This document shows, piece after piece, positions 63,179-64,000 of a DNA stretch of 64,000 nucleotides (its first letter is position 1; the number at the start of each line of letters is the position of its first letter). The stretch lies in IMG/VR virus record IMGVR_UViG_2724679293_000007, positions 32,001-96,000 of that record, one strand, 5' to 3'. Both the position numbers and the translations under genes were made by a program. The notes below the pieces were generated by a model. The model searched no databases. It was not told the DNA's origin and saw only the letters and a program-made list of their open reading frames with translations. Source of the stretch: a virus. Lineage: Duplodnaviria > Heunggongvirae > Uroviricota > Caudoviricetes.

Positions 63179-63919
63179 ATGAAAGGCGAAGTGAAAGAGC
63201 GCGGCATGATTTTCAACGATGAGATGGTCCGGGCCATCCTCGAAGGAAGGAAAACGCAGACGCGGCGGATAATGAAAAATCAGCCTGCGGAAGTTGGTCC
63301 AGAAGCACCAGTGATGGTTAGAAAAATTGGTGCAGGTTTTCAGTGGTACGGGGCTGATGGTGTAAGCAGTGTTTTCAATTGCCCCTTTGGTATCGTCGGC
63401 GATCGAATTTGGGTTCGTGAAACATGGGCGATATTAGGCAATGAGGATGGTTGCAGTGTGGACTGGAACGACAACCTTTGTCGTGGCGATGAGAAGAACG
63501 CAGCAAGGATTTATCGGGCCAGTTGCGAGCAAAAACCTGGTGATTACGGCTTATGGTCGATACCCGATGATGCCGACTGGAAACCTCACACTGTGAATGA
63601 AAAGTTTGATGGTGGGTGGCGTCCATCAATTCACATGCCGCGATGGGCATCACGCATTCTGTTGGAAATTACCAACGTGCGCGTTGAGCGGTTGAACGAT
63701 ATCAGCGAATGCGATGCAAGGGATGAGGGCGTTCAGCCTGCTGGAAGTTTGCTTCCTGATCACCCGGGAACATTCCTAACTCCCAAGGGAGATTTCGCAA
63801 TGGCCAAGGTTGCGTTCCAGCGCCTGTGGGAATCCATCTATGGTGAAGAAAGCTGGAACGCTAATCCCTGGGTGTGGGTAATCGAGTTTGAGCGTATTCA
63901 GGGGGCAACCAGTGAGTGA
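63179..63919 (+). CDS. Hypothetical protein (246 aa)
   Basis: ORF. Confidence 0.45.
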   Translation: MKGEVKERGMIFNDEMVRAILEGRKTQTRRIMKNQPAEVGPEAPVMVRKIGAGFQWYGADGVSSVFNCPFGIVGDRIWVRETWAILGNEDGCSVDWNDNLCRGDEKNAARIYRASCEQKPGDYGLWSIPDDADWKPHTVNEKFDGGWRPSIHMPRWASRILLEITNVRVERLNDISECDARDEGVQPAGSLLPDHPGTFLTPKGDFAMAKVAFQRLWESIYGEESWNANPWVWVIEFERIQGATSE

Positions 63920-64000
63920 GTCAAAATGCCAAATTAATGGCAACAAGATAGAACCGTGCGCGGCGTTGGCACAATCCCTGGAGCATGACGCTGAATACAC

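Overview
This window reads as a contiguous segment of a P1-like temperate phage-plasmid genome (Punavirus-type), with several AT-rich accessory insertions that I do not recognise as classical P1 content. All comparisons to P1 are from memory of the published P1 map and protein families, not from a database search.

Backbone, left to right:
- 1138..8077 (- strand): lysis/antirestriction operon in the P1 order lydA-lydB-hdf-darA-ddrA-ddrB.
- 8544..9104: Cin serine invertase, followed by the invertible tail-fibre C segment (about 9096..14564) bounded by cix sites and about 0.57-kb inverted repeats. It holds a silent Sv'-U' cassette and the expressed S-U cassette.
- 15923..24652 (-): R, baseplate genes, the Sit transglycosylase/tape-measure-like protein and tail genes.
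- 26911..30362: immI-like region (C1-operator-like box, candidate c4 RNA, icd, ant), then kilA-repL.
- 32640..37980 (-): sheath- and capsid-like structural genes.
- 38020..41935: plasmid maintenance module parS-parB-parA-incA iterons-repA-incC iterons/oriR.
- 44530..51348: RdgC-like protein, bifunctional Dmt methyltransferase, SPFH lipoprotein, a tRNA with CAU anticodon (Ile2-like) and the Ban DnaB-family helicase.
- 52393..57144 (-): baseplate block.
- 57292..63919 (+): operon with a TraR/DksA zinc-finger protein, VRR-NUC nuclease, lambda-type Ser/Thr phosphatase and HAD phosphatase.

Six copies of the 17-bp C1 operator consensus (ATTGCTCTAATAAATTT-like) are visible.

Most interesting candidates:
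1. An AT-rich WcaB/CysE-like hexapeptide acetyltransferase carried inside the invertible tail-fibre segment.
2. A roughly 1-kb non-coding locus (47441..48540) with three related hairpin units, where I would expect the P1 tRNA genes.
3. An AT-rich three-gene envelope module (24806..26764) at the position where I would expect sim.
4. An AT-rich tandem MazG-like/Cys-cluster protein (31350..32420).
5. A hok/mok-type toxin too short for the ORF track (30840..30995).
6. The 3' end of an HD-domain dGTPase-like gene at the window edge.

Gene symbols are given only where the protein family is clearly recognisable. Positional P1 equivalents are named in the evidence only.
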